The notes beneath the pieces are model-generated. The model did no database searches. It saw only the letters and a program-made list of their open reading frames with translations, and had not been told where the DNA came from. A stretch of 62,850 nucleotides of DNA, filler included, from Squatina squatina (Eukaryota): the NCBI GenBank assembly GCA_031763465.1. It is 4 parts of 4 records of this genome, joined end to end, with 100 filler letters (N's around TTAATTAATTAA, not from the genome) between each part and the next. Parts side by side here need not be neighbours in the genome. Positions count along the whole stretch, not along the records: positions 12,989 to 32,011 come from JARFOE010000004.1; 3 more parts are not named here. One strand, written 5' to 3'. The first letter of the stretch is position 1. Every line of letters starts with the position of its first letter. Position numbers and translations under genes: made by a program. This document shows, one piece after another, positions 13,115 to 25,553 of this stretch.

Positions 13115-14394
13115 CCCCACCCTCCCCACCAGCAATATAATCTGGCAAATAGCCTCAAGCCCAAACATCAACCTGCCTCCCCTCTCCAGGGACACCAAGT
13201 CACCGGCACTCCCTTCAACCAGACCGCAACAGGGTCAGTTAATGGATAAATGAGCTGCCCACAGACTCCTATCAAGAGTGAGCTGATTGGCATTGTTTCA
13301 GGTTGATTCTCTCAATAAATCAGTCTCCTTCATTTGGTTATGCAGGTGTGCCATTTAGAGCAAATATTCCCAATTCAGTGTAAGTTAGAGATGTGAAGCT
13401 TTTGTTTCCAAACTTCAAAAAGATATTAAATGAGCTTCAGTGCTCATTTGGAGCCTAACAACTTTTAACATACAAAATTCAAACTTTATAGTCAAGGATC
13501 TCTATTTTAAAATATTTTACCGTATCTTAAGAGTTAAAAAACACACTTATGGAATAATGCACTAGTGAACAATTAAGGTAGGCAAACAGAAACTTGCACT
13601 GGTGGAAATTAAATGCTGACCACAAAACTCTCCCCTGTGTATTTGGAAGAATTTGAGGGGGAGACTCTTTCTATTTCTCTTCCTATTCTCTGGCCTAAAC
13701 AGATGTAGAAGTGGAGGATTGTGCAGAAGCAGGATGGAACTAGGCTATGAAGGGATGTATAATCCCCAGAAAGAATGATGATTTCTATTATGAATGAACA
13801 ATATTTGAGATTTTTAAAAATTAATTTTGAACACCAAATACAACTCCTGGGTCTTACAAAATCTGTAATCATTCCAGCATGGAATGCAAAGGAGGAGTTC
13901 TGGGGTTAAGTTTCTCTGGCAAGCCCAAACATTTCTCACTAAAGTAAAATTACTGGGACCAAAGTCCTCGGTTTTCCCTGTCCCTAACAATCGCATGCAA
14001 GCCCAAAAAAAAGCTTTTGGTAAATAAAAATGTATAGGTACTTAAAGAACACAAAAGGTTTTACAAACTATGGTTTTGTTTTTGGTAACTGAAGTCAGCC
14101 TTAACTAAGCTTAGAAAGGGTTCTGTCATTTTCTTCACCCTTCCCCCAGGAAAAAAAACTACACACCTCTAAACTGAAGTAGCAATACCCTGTAATTTGT
14201 ATGAAAATTATGGCAATGTGCAAGATTAAAAAATTTAGAGTATTAGATATCCTTATGATTTTCTTGTGAAATGTGAAGCAGGAATGCTCAGAACTATAAT
14301 TTCATTGCAACAGGGAGGTTGTATCAACACAGATTTGAAAATTGCTACATTGTCTGCCCAGTTTCTGTAATCTGAGAACATACTCAATACCCAC

Positions 14395-14488
14395 ATGTTA
14401 ATCTTTTGAAGAGTGCTGCCATCTGGTCTGGCTTGTCAAAGCTGGTCCTCATTTGTGTTAGCACGTCAACATTCTCCACCACCAGTTT
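14395..14488 (-). CDS. NCKAP1: Internal exon of Nck-associated protein 1 (WAVE regulatory complex subunit)
   Basis: ttcttcctag|AAA...ACA T|gtgggt. The 94 nt encode [31 protein letters not shown], nearly identical to vertebrate NCKAP1 as recalled. Not in the ORF track. Confidence 0.93.
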
Positions 14489-15127
14489 CTAGGAAGAAAG
14501 GGTACTCAGTGTCAGACAGTTAGTCAGATAACCAAAATCAAACAGATATTTCAATCTGGCAAAAGGAAATTAGATTTATAAACTCCAGATGGTTCAATAG
14601 TCTTTGGTTCCCAACAAGATTAACAGTCTGCAGATCAAACCAGTCCATGTTTGGCGTGACTTCTGAAACACTCATGATCACCATGTTTCTGTCTTTCTAC
14701 TTTCAATCCAAAAGGAAGTGGGATTGGATAGGACTTCTAGTTCAATTTTTTCCCCTCTTTGTTTCTCTCCTCCTTCAATCTTTATCCCATGATGGAGCAA
14801 TCAACATTCAATCAGTCAAGCTCTTCTGAATGAGAAGCTGATGCAAAGAAGGTGACTGATTCGGTCAGCCATTGTGTCATGAGATATTTAAAAATATATC
14901 TTGCTTTTAAAGAGATACAGGAGTGTAATTTACAGTCTAATTACCTGCAGTGCTTCTTCAAAATTATATTGAATCATTTTGGTCTCCAATATCCCCCTGC
15001 CTTTATCATTTTACAGAAGTCAGCAACNNNNNNNNNNNNNNNNNNNNNNNNNNNNNNNNNNNNNNNNNNNNNNNNNNNNNNNNNNNNNNNNNNNNNNNNN
15101 NNNNNNNNNNNNNNNNNNNNNNNNNNN

Positions 15128-15228
15128 TGCTGCCCTTCTCACCACTGCCTGTACAAGTGGCTTCAGTTCTGCCTCACTGAAATGATCAGTCCTTGCTCTG
15201 GGTTCACCTCTCTGATCCATTTATAAAT
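15128..15228 (-). CDS. Start of a PIF/Harbinger-type Myb/SANT-like domain, runs into a gap
   Basis: Acceptor tttttctcag| at 15229, ATG at 15220. MDQRGEPRARTDHFSEAELKPLVQAVVRRAA matches the RxxxFSxxELxxLVxxV start of MSANTD/NAIF1-like domains. Confidence 0.6.
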
Positions 15229-16045
15229 CTGAGAAAAATGATTCCCAACAGCTGTCAAATATTCCCATCCTCTTCCTCAGACGATGCGATCTCGTTGCAG
15301 GTTTCGGATTCTGGTGGAAACAGCGAACGATGAGACCGTTTTGGCGCGATCCTTCGGGAGTCTATTTACATATTTTTGTTATTTCATTTTTTGTTGAGAA
15401 AAGCAGTTACCGCGCCCACCGGAATTTCAGAGTTTGATTCTTTAGTGTTGCGAAGGACAGGAGTTTTAATTATTTTAAACTGTTCGCCGGAGATTCTCCT
15501 CATCACCGTGGTCTCTTGTTACTTTCTTTGTTTACATATCATTAGCTTCACTAAAAATGTAAAATGAGAATTGTGTCACTATCTTGAGGCTGGTTCTCTT
15601 GAATCACAACAAACGGGGTCGGCAGACTGAGATTCTGCATCTTTATTATATAATATTCAAAACCTTAGACCCTGAAGTATAATTGATGATGTTCTGTTGG
15701 TTTTCTCAGGACGGCATACAATCACACTGGTTCGTTAATCAAAGCAACCCATTCACTTCAAGGAATCAACGTACTTGGCCCAACGATATTTTATTCGGAT
15801 TTATACCCGCTCCCTAAAAATAATCAACATAATTACATAGGTGATATTTGGAGTTTTAACAATCTGCCTCCTCCGGTTTGCTCTGGTGATCTTTGATGGT
15901 GATTGTGTGAGAGAAAATCAATCAAATGGAATTGACCCAAAATGTGAATCATCTTGCCTCTACACATCTCCCGTCCCCTGCAAGTTCCTGAAGTGTGTGT
16001 AACAGCACAATGCCTTGCCGCAGGCTGTGACTGACAGAATCTCAC

Positions 16046-16517
16046 CTGATTTAATGCCCAGATCAGCCCCTATCTCCTCCTCTCCACACCCAGGCTGTGA
16101 CACCAAGTTCTTCCCCAGCTCCTCACTGCCGTCACAGTCTCCCGAAAACGAAGCTAAGTGTGTGCCGATCAGAGTCATGTAGGGCTCGTCCTGAATCTGT
16201 GCCGCTACCTTGTGAGGAGGCTGCAGGTGAACCACGGCTGGCCCCTGGGACTCAGGCATCCTCTTCATAGGCATCTTCATGGCGAAGGTCAGAGCGCGAG
16301 TGTACTGCCCAAATCCTTTTTTATCCCCGTAACTGGACGTCGCTCGGATCAAATGAAAAGACTCATGATCTCTCTGAAAGGTAGGATAATTGACAATCTC
16401 GGGATCTTCACATTATCCGATGACAAACTCCTCAGCCTGATCCTCAGCATCCCAGTCGGAAAACACCTTGGTTTTGTGACCACTGCCAGTTATCAGTTTG
16501 AATTCATTGCAGTCCAT
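16046..16517 (-). pseudogene. Candidate first exon of an unidentified gene, 157 codons with one internal TAA
   Basis: Strong Kozak gccATGg at 16517: MDCNEFKLITGSGHKTKVFSDWDAEDQAEEFVIG*CEDPEIVNY...DLGIKS. Ends at a strong donor CAG|gtgaga (phase 1) in a CpG-retaining contig. Confidence 0.45.
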
Positions 16518-19258
16518 GGCTGGTGAGCATGAAAACTCCCCTGGTGTAATAAACCATCCCGATTTTTAGATCCGAGATTAACTCGCTAGAAACCCACAGA
16601 GTACGCAGTTACAATAGCTATTTAAACTCTTCCGAACACGCCTATTTGTTTGCGCAACGTAGATATCAAAAACGAAGTCTGCATAACTAGCAGATGGGTG
16701 AATTTGATTTGAAGAGCTCTTACTGTGAAGGTAGGCGCCGCAACATTGTTCATTAAACCGACAGTTCCGTCCTGGTGATGAATCACACTTATTTATCATT
16801 TAATGGAAATGTGGAGAGCAGATCCCCCCCAAAATATTAATGATTAACTGGAGGGAACAATCATTTATGATTGTGCCTTTCAGATTTGTGTTTATCATAG
16901 GTTTTTATATCTGGCCGTGGATAGCTGGACCCATGGTACAAGGATAGAGAGCGGCGTAGAAAGAATCAACACATTAGTGACTTTTCGAAACTTCTATGGA
17001 AACATGTTAAAAGGTAAAATAATGCTGTCTTTCATGAGAACAATGTTCTGATACAAGACTATCACAGATGGCAAATTAAAGAGCAAGCAACATACTTAGA
17101 GTTCATTTCCTATCCCGCTAATCGATTTTGTGTCTACTTTTCTCCTTGTCCATATTACAGGTTCCCCGCATCATTCTGGCTCTGTAAAATAACCGAGTCC
17201 TTGCTTTTTCCTTTACTACAACTTTGAATTCTGCAACCTGCCTTTCTCCCAGCTATTATTTATTTTCCTCCTCTAAATTTTTATTCTCTCTATCTTCTAC
17301 CCTGCTACTTCCGTTTTACTTTTTGTTCCGTGATCTGATTATTGTGTCATCCCTTCCACCTTTCAATCTATATCATTGGTGCTAACCATATCTGAGGGGC
17401 AAAAGCATCAATGAAGGACAAAGCGTCCTCGTTTTTCAGGGATGGGATTGGTTTCTATTTTGTGAATGGACTTTTTTTTGTCGAAAGTGTAGTGCGCCAC
17501 CCGTGTTTGTGAAGCTGCAGTGTTTTTTGATTAGTTGCATTTTAAAGAATGTGAAATTGCGCGCCTTATGACGTGCCAGATACTTTTCCACATTAATCGA
17601 ACGCATCGGACACTCTCCAACACCNNNNNNNNNNNNNNNNNNNNNNNNNNNNNNNNNNNNNNNNNNNNNNNNNNNNNNNNNNNNNNNNNNNNNNNNNNNN
17701 NNNNNNNNNNNNNNNNNNNNNNNNAACATCACAAGGCAGGTCAATGATCCCCAGCCATTTATCTGATATTTATGTCACACATGCAGGGATAGAGGCCATT
17801 AAATACATTTATGTTATTCAGCAATCTCTCATTTACACAATTTAATCAGGCATAATACTGGAACAAGTTTCCTGTACTTACAAGAGGTTTGAAAACACTT
17901 AAAAAAATGCCACTGAGACAGATTTAATTTTCTAAGTTAATACCTCACTGCTACTGTAAACATACCAAAACTGTAAATACATTTTAACCTTTGACCTTTT
18001 TGCTATTGTCGAATAACAGAGATGAGCCATTGGTCATGGTTAGTTGCTAAATTAGTAAATGCTGGCTTGGATTTTCCACTTCTGTGATCTGTAGCTTCTT
18101 TGCACTGAAACTTAGCCACTCTGGATCGAACTTCACCAGAACCTGAAAATCCAGCTTTCTATATTTCAGGCACTTTAAAAACAAGTTTATCTTATGGAGT
18201 TAAAAAAATTGTTGGCTCTCAAATATTATTTATATGAATTTAAGAAATGGAAAATATGTCAAATGAAAATATCACAGTGCTAAAAAGGTACTGTAAACAT
18301 TACTAAAGAAAGGGAAACAAAGGTCTTTAAGAGCTCTATGGAACTTCCCTTTTTTCCCATTCAAAAGGGGAGTTGGTTAAGAGAGAGAGTAAATTCAGGG
18401 CAAATCCTAAAGAATTGCACACAATGTTTATTTCAATGTCTTTGTATCAAATTTGTGGCTGTAATGAGGTTATAACATGACATGGTTACATAAAATGCAG
18501 CAGATTACAGAGTTAAGGAATCCTTTGCTGATCTAAGGTTGGTGCTCGATTTGCAGGNNNNNNNNNNNNNNNNNNNNNNNNNNNNNNNNNNNNNNNNNNN
18601 NNNNNNNNNNNNNNNNNNNNNNNNNNNNNNNNNNNNNNNNNNNNNNNNNNNNNNNNNTCAATACAGCTGAAAATGGGTTTATCACAAAAAATAAACATTT
18701 TTAATAAGGGTGTGCAGTCCTCCACCTGTGAGTAGCCTCACTGAAAACAACTTAAAAAAACTTTACTGAACTCTTTAATAGTTTTATTGGCATACACTAG
18801 TCAATTAAATATTTTTGATACGTCATTTTTTTTAAAACGTGCCTATTAGTGCCTGCGCGCCCAAGAAAATTAGTGCCATCTGAAGAGCCTTCTCTAACCA
18901 GCCCAATTGGTGGAATCTAGCAATTTTGACCTGGGAGGGCAAGGTTAGTTTTGTGGGCGGGGCCTGATCCATGTGAATTGGATCTTAAATCAGCAGAAAA
19001 GATCGCAGAAAACACGACTGCAAGTGGTTTGGGGCGTAACTCACTTACATTTAAAATTCCTCAATCTTATGCACTGGCGCAGCTGATTCCGCCTGGATTT
19101 CACAGATATTACTGGCGGAAACAAGCGGAAACTCTACCCCAAGGACATTAAAGCAAATGAGAATTGTTTGTTACCATCTGATTTTTAAAAAGACAGTGAC
19201 AGTAGATCTTTGAGACAAGACCATATTCCTCAAGACCATATTTCTAACTGTATCTAAG

Positions 19259-19559
19259 TTATTATGCAGGATACAACAAAGTCAAGCACAACAAGCAGTT
19301 GTGAAAACTGGAAGGAAGACAGCAGAATTTGAAGAAGCTCCTGAACGCAGACAATTTTGTAAATGGCCATGCAAATGCCCACGCAAACCTTTATGTCCAC
19401 CTGGAGTAAGTCTGGTAACTGATGGCTGTGGATGTTGCAAAACCTGTGCACAGCAATATGGGGAGCTCTGCACTGAAGCGGACACCTGTGATCCTCACAA
19501 GGACTTGTACTGTGACTATTCTGGTGATAGGCCTAAGTATGAATTTGGAGTCTGTGCAC
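19259..19559 (+). CDS. CCN6: CCN6/WISP3-like, IGFBP-domain exon
   Basis: tatctaag|LLCRIQ...ERRQFCKWPCKCPRKPLCPPGVSLVTDGCGCCKTCAQQYGELCTEADTCDPHKDLYCDYSGDRPKYEFGVCA|gtaagt. Has the GCGCC IGFBP motif and the CCN6-type RxQFCxWPCKC. Phase 0 to 1. Confidence 0.92.
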
Positions 19560-19859
19560 GTAAGTTAAACCCTAACGGTAATTTTCTGTTCACTTAGTAC
19601 GGACTGGTACTGGGACAGTGAGTAGTTAAGAACTGAAAAGTTTACATTAGAAATTACAGTCACCAATATTAGCAAACACTTAACATAGTCACATATGACA
19701 TTCTTCTGTCTGCTTTTTTAATTGAGGCATTAACCCATTTAAAATAATTGGATTAATGCNNNNNNNNNNNNNNNNNNNNNNNNNNNNNNNNNNNNNNNNN
19801 NNNNNNNNNNNNNNNNNNNNNNNNNNNNNNNNNNNNNNNNNNNNNNNNNNNNNNNNNNN

Positions 19860-20015
19860 CTCTCTGCTCGTCTACACTTTTCAAAATAATACCATTTATA
19901 GAATACTGTCTTTCCCTATTAGTCTTTCCAAAGTACATTACTCCATGCTTCTCCACATTGAACTTTATCCGTAATGCTTCTGCCCATTCCACCATCCTGT
20001 CTATGTAATCCTGAA
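19860..20015 (-). mobile_element. CR1 LINE reverse transcriptase fragment (intronic)
   Basis: Minus strand WAEALRIKFNVEKHGVMYFGKTNRERQYSING corresponds to the CR1 WAxxWxMxFNxxKCxVMHFG motif. Confidence 0.8.
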
Positions 20016-20786
20016 GTCTACAACAAGATGCAGTTCTATTCCAAGACTAGAGATCTGCTATAATATGGAGTATACGAGGCAGAACCCATAATTTTCTCTT
20101 GTTCAATCCTGGTTTTCCAAATTAATATGTATCTAGACAGCTGCCAAACTTTTAAACAAAGAAAGATGTGTTTAGCAGCTGGCAAGAGAATTATGGAGTG
20201 GCACAACACACAATCCAGAGGAGCAGATGTTGCATTTCCTCTAAAGCAGGCAACAGTTAGTACCTTAAAATGTAGAACTATGTAAGTGTAGAGCAAACAT
20301 TTTACCAATCCAAATACGTGATTGTAGAGTAAGTGGGACCAATTTAATGTTGGGGAAGATTGTTTTCAGTTTTTTTGGGGGCTTGTTTAAACTGTCACAT
20401 CAGTAAGTGTACTGAACCCATACACCATTGTGTTTACATATTACTGTTATTATGAATTTTGTACTAAGGTGAGGAGTCTGGTGCTGAGGAATTGAACACT
20501 CTCCTATTTCAGGCAACCAATGTTAACAAAAAGCATTCCTAAGTAACGTACATTATAACGAGATAAAAAGTAAAGCTTTATCTACTCTACACAACAATGG
20601 TCTACTGCACCAATATGACATCCTCCATTTCCCACACCAATCATCCTAAGTTAAATTCTCTAAGTTAAATTGCCGGTTAGCCTTGAATTACGAGCAGCTC
20701 TGTCTTGTGGGTCCATTCCCACTAAGAACTGCCAAATTAATTTCTGTATTGACATGTCTCAGTTCTATGTTTATTTATATTACCAG

Positions 20787-20977
20787 TTTATAAGACAAGA
20801 CCAGTATGGCGGAAGAAATGCATGCTTCAAACAACTCCATGGAGCACATGTTCAAAATCCTGTGACATGGGGATTTCAGTCAGAGTGACAAATGACAACA
20901 GCAATTGTGAACTTGGGAGAGAAAGTAGATTGTGCTTTATTCGACCTTGCAACACAAACATATTGAAAAATCTGAAG
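20787..20977 (+). CDS. CCN6: CCN6/WISP3-like, TSP1-domain exon
   Basis: taccag|..YKTRPVWRKKCMLQTTPWSTCSKSCDMGISVRVTNDNSNCELGRESRLCFIRPCNTNILKNLK|gtaaat. Phase 1 to 0. Confidence 0.92.
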
Positions 20978-21864
20978 GTAAATCACAATGGAAAGATTCT
21001 ATCAGTCACATTAGCAACATTTTTCAGGGGGAGAGTGTGATAGAAAGGAGGTAAGTTATTTAGATTGAATGGAGGTATATATTCATGTACCACATTGAAG
21101 AACAGACCCACCCAAAAATAACAGGCATACCACTGGGCCATCTGGTAGTCAGAGATTGACATGTATGGGCCTGAAATTGTTGATTGGAGGAGGGCAGAAA
21201 CTGAGCATTTTTCCAAAAGGTGGGTGCAAAATTTGTAAAAGAACCTAGATGTTCAGTTGAAATCCCAATCCACAGACAAGCTTTTCTTCCTCGCACAATC
21301 TCACATCTTAGAAATAGTTTGGGGGCTTGTCTGAAGGGTCCCTGTGCTACCCTAGGAATTCCACTCAGCTTGCCCCCTTTAGGCATGTGCAGGTTGCATT
21401 GTTGGTCTACCAAAGGCCCCAAAGATATAAAGAAACAAAAGCTTACCAATCCCAAGGAGCTCAATTACTTTCAAACTGCAGCTCTTTTTCTCCCTGCGGG
21501 GAGTTTTGGCATCTTCAGCCCAATAGGCCCACAAACCCAGAAATTGATGAAAGGCAAACAGAACCACTATGTAAGAAACTACATTTAGTTTTGGCTCAAA
21601 GTTGCAAACTAGTATTATTTTCTACTCTGTGAGGAGTTAGAAAAGTTTAACTACTACTGTAAAAATGTTTTTTCATTGCTACTATTTGTTCTATTACAGT
21701 TTAATAAATTTGTTTTGTAATTAAAGCCAAAACAAAGTCTATTGTAATTATTGTACAATCTTTGAAAATGGAAGATTCTTGAGGCATAGAATAGCTGAAG
21801 TTGGGGTTGTCCATGAGGGTCCTGACATTCCAGGTCCCAAACTTCATAGTGAAGGTGTGGAAGG

Positions 21865-22860
21865 TGCCTGTGTGTGATATTTTTTAATGTGGGGTTGCCG
21901 TTGTACACCAGCTACCACATGGTCTTGGCCGAGCAAGGTCTTGGTCCAATGGCAAAGAGATCAGAGACGATTGGACACCAGGCTCTGCTCAACGGACTAA
22001 CAGACAAACACATGATCGCCTCAGCCTTCTCCGCCCCTGCACCAGCCTCTCGTTCCCCGGGCTGTAGGATCCCCGGACTCCCGGCCTCCGGCTCCTCGGG
22101 CCTGATGACCCTTGTTACTTGAGCCATGCTTGCCTCACTCCCTTGCGCCTCAGCTGCCGGCCTCCGTAGCCCCCGGCCTCTCGCTTCCCGCTCTGTCGTT
22201 TCTCTGGCCATGGCTCCTGGCTCCCTGGGCCTCCCAGCTGCTGCTCCCTTGTTGTTCGAGCTCCAACCTTCTGCTCACCCGGTCTCCCATTCTTGGTGTT
22301 CCCACTTCATTATGTCAGCATGGGCGCCTCCATCTTGAGGAGACCCGCTGCTTCGCTTGGCTGGGGGTGGGCCTCGAAGCTGCTCTTACTTGGGCCTCAT
22401 TTGCCCCTGCCCCAGCGTGGGCTCCTGCCCTGGTGTGGGCTCTTGCCGCTCTGTGGGCTCCTGCCCCTGCTGTGGGCTCCTGCCCCCGCTGTGGGCTCCT
22501 GCCCAATCAGATGCCTCCCTCTGCCCCGCGTCACCTTTTGAGTTGTAACATCACCCGGAGCTCCGCCGCTGGTCTCGTTGAGGGGCTTGCTTCCCTGGGC
22601 CTGTGCGCTGCTGTTTTTAGCTGCCGCTGGCCACTGCCACCTCACGGGTCATTTTTGGGCGGTGCACCTACTGATGACATCATGGACGCCATCTAGCGCC
22701 CGATGCTGAGTTTCCAGCACTGCAGGAGCAGCGCTCATTTAGTACCTGTGTTGGCATCACTCAATTTGCACAGTGGCCCATTTAGCGCCCAAAATGAGCG
22801 TTAGACCCCTAGCTCCCGTTTAGTGCTCTTTTTGCGCTAGCGTTAAAGAACCAATTGGGC
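21865..22860. mobile_element. GC-rich composite interspersed repeat inside the CCN6 intron
   Basis: Abrupt GC/CpG-rich island. Starts with a motif common in shark repeats (gtggggttgccgttgtacaccagctaccac...ggtcttggtccaatggcaa). Many overlapping low-complexity ORFs on both strands. Confidence 0.5.
22417..22504. repeat. 18-19-bp minisatellite, about 5 units
   Basis: gtgggctcctgcccc(t/c)gct units are directly visible. Confidence 0.9.
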
Positions 22861-24971
22861 GTCCATAGAACCCTAAACTCACTCAACGTCTTCTGCTCGT
22901 GCCTGTGCTGAACTAATGAGGCCAGCCCTGAACTGTGTTTTTCTGATCTCCTTTAACCTGAGCTGTTTGTTTATCAACCCCTTGGTATCCATATAATTCC
23001 CTATTAAAACTTTGAACAGGTTGGATGCTATCTGCATAGCCAAAATATTCCAGCGAAATTCTATGGTTACTCGCAGTCCCTGAATGTGGGCAACTTTGGT
23101 CTTTATATTATGGTACTCCCTCACCCGGCTTTAATAATTATTGCGAAAAACCAGTGTCTCTCAATCCCTTTACGTACATTCCGTTTACTGTGACTGAGGA
23201 AAGGTAAGGACACCAGCAGAACTGCCCCTACCCACTTCTTGCTCTTCTTTGAATAGTGCTGGATAATTTTTTTATATCCACTTTAGAAAGGAGATGGGTC
23301 CTCTTGCTAAATTGATGGTAATCACATTACTGACCATCACATACCTTATGAGCTCACATGGCCTCCTAGATTGCATCGCAAGAGTCCAGTAGTGGTTTGA
23401 CTTGTTTCCTAACTCACCTCATTTAAAACAACTGGGGGTATAATTTCCAGAATATCTAAGGCAGACTTGAAACTTGTAACAGCTCATGGCAGCCATCTGG
23501 GATACAGATTTATACTATTGATGGAGGCAATTCAAAAAATGAAACAGCANNNNNNNNNNNNNNNNNNNNNNNNNNNNNNNNNNNNNNNNNNNNNNNNNNN
23601 NNNNNNNNNNNNNNNNNNNNNNNNNNNNNNNNNNNNNNNNNNNNNNNNNNNNNNNNNNNNNNNNNNNNNNNNNNNNNNNNNNNNNNNNNNNNNNNNNNNN
23701 NNNNNNNNNNNNNNNNNNNNNNNNNNNNNNNNNNNNNNNNNNNNNNNNNNNNNNNNNNNNNNNNNNNNNNNNNNNNNNNNNNNNNNNNNNNNNNNNNNNN
23801 NNNNNNNNNNNNNNNNNNNNNNNNNNNNNNNNNNNNNNNNNNNNNNNNNNNNNNNNNNNNNNNNNNNNNNNNNNNNNNNNNNNNNNNNNNNNNNNNNNNN
23901 NNNNNNNNNNNNNNNNNNNNNNNNNNNNNNNNNNNNNNNNNNNNNNNNNNNNNNNNNNNNNNNNNNNNNNNNNNNNNNNNNNNNNNNNNNNNNNNNNNNN
24001 NNNNNNNNNNNNNNNNNNNNNNNNNNNNNNNNNNNNNNNNNNNNNNNNNNNNNNNNNNNNNNNNNNNNNNNNNNNNNNNNNNNNNNNNNNNNNNNNNNNN
24101 NNNNNNNNNNNNNNNNNNNNNNNNNNNNNNNNNNNNNNNNNNNNNNNNNNNNNNNNNNNNNNNNNNNNNNNNNNNNNNNNNNNNNNNNNNNNNNNNNNNN
24201 NNNNNNNNNNNNNNNNNNNNNNNNNNNNNNNNNNNNNNNNNNNNNNNNNNNNNNNNNNNNNNNNNNNNNNNNNNNNNNNNNNNNNNNNNNNNNNNNNNNN
24301 NNNNNNNNNNNNNNNNNNNNTATATGAATAGCAACAATGATGTTTCAAAAGTGTCTAAATCAAGAGATCGAGCATGAGTTGGCAGGTTTATAAGTGAAAG
24401 AGAAAGCGAAGGGGAGAGAGAGAGAGTTTCAGCTCGGAAGAGTGAGGGGGTTTCAATGTAGAATGACAGAAGAGCAACGTAAAGAGGAAGAAGCGTAGGC
24501 AGGGAGGGAGAAATGATGCAAAGCTGAAGCGAATGAGTCACAAAAAATGCCAGCTTGAGGTTGACCAGGTTGAGAGAGAACATTGTCATACTTTTGAACA
24601 GACAGAGTGTGTCATGAGTGAACCACTTGGAGCCAGCAACTCACCCCACCCCAGGTGAGGTCAGAGGTTGCCATCCAAAGAGGTCAGAGATCTGAATATA
24701 ATAGGTTCAGTGCCTGGAACTTCCACAGGGATTCTCTTAATTATCCACCATAACATTGACAGAAATCAGGAGAAATGGCATAAACAGCCATTTACAGTGG
24801 AGAACCTCTGTGGAAATTAGATATTCTTTGGAGTGCAGTGGTGATGGCCACTCCAGTCAATGGTCCGAGCATCTGTTGCTCAGCAGCGCACCCACAATGC
24901 CCAATATCTAATTATATCAGGGGTGTAACAATAGTACCGCCTTCTAATTTGATCTGGATAAGATTTGAACC

Positions 24972-25553
24972 TCAGCTCAGTAGTATTGCTTTTGCCTCTG
25001 AGTTAGAAGGTCATGGGTCAAGCCCCATTCCGGAGGCTTGAGCATATAATCTGGGTTGACACTTCAGTGCTGCATTGTCGGACGTATCATCCTTCGGATG
25101 AGATGTTAAACCGAGGTACCATAGAATCATAGAGTGATACAGCATGGAAGGAGGCCATTTGGCACACCGTATCAGTGTTGGGTCTTTGAAAGCTATCCAA
25201 TTGGTCCCACTCCCCTGACCTTTTCCCATCGCTCTGCACATTTCCCCCTGCCAGTATTTCCATATGGTTTCTCAAGTGACTGTAAAATAATCCATTTCAC
25301 AATTCAACGAATAGCAGTGGAGTTTTTGCAGTGTTTTGGCCAACATTTATACCTCAACCACCATTACTAAGAAAAAAAGATTATCTGGCTGTTTATCTCA
25401 TTGTCATTCATGGGAGTTTGCTGTTCACAAATTGACTGGCGCGTTTCCCAAATTACAAGAGACTACAATTCAAATGTATTTCGTTGGCTCTGAAGCACTT
25501 TGGGGCATCCTGAGGTCATGAATGGTGCTATATAAATGTAAGTTTGTTCTTTT
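24972..25553 (+). mobile_element. SacSINE1/DeuSINE-like SINE interrupted by an antisense CR1 3' end (~25119-25262)
   Basis: tRNA-like head, gatgagatgttaaaccgagg core and ...ggtgctatataaatgtaag tail. The inserted catagaatcatagagtgatacagcatggaaggaggccattt is a reversed CR1 tail. Confidence 0.75.

Noticed and set aside
16867-16935. MIVPFRFVFIIGFYIWPWIAGPM as the CCN6 signal-peptide exon
   Set aside because: Hydrophobic and phase-compatible, but the donor (gtacaa) is weak, it does not resemble CCN6 leaders I recall, and two gaps separate it from the IGFBP exon.
21874-22696. Cluster of overlapping ORFs up to 194 aa
   Set aside because: GC-rich repeat and minisatellite sequence that is open in many frames, with no domain or splice structure.
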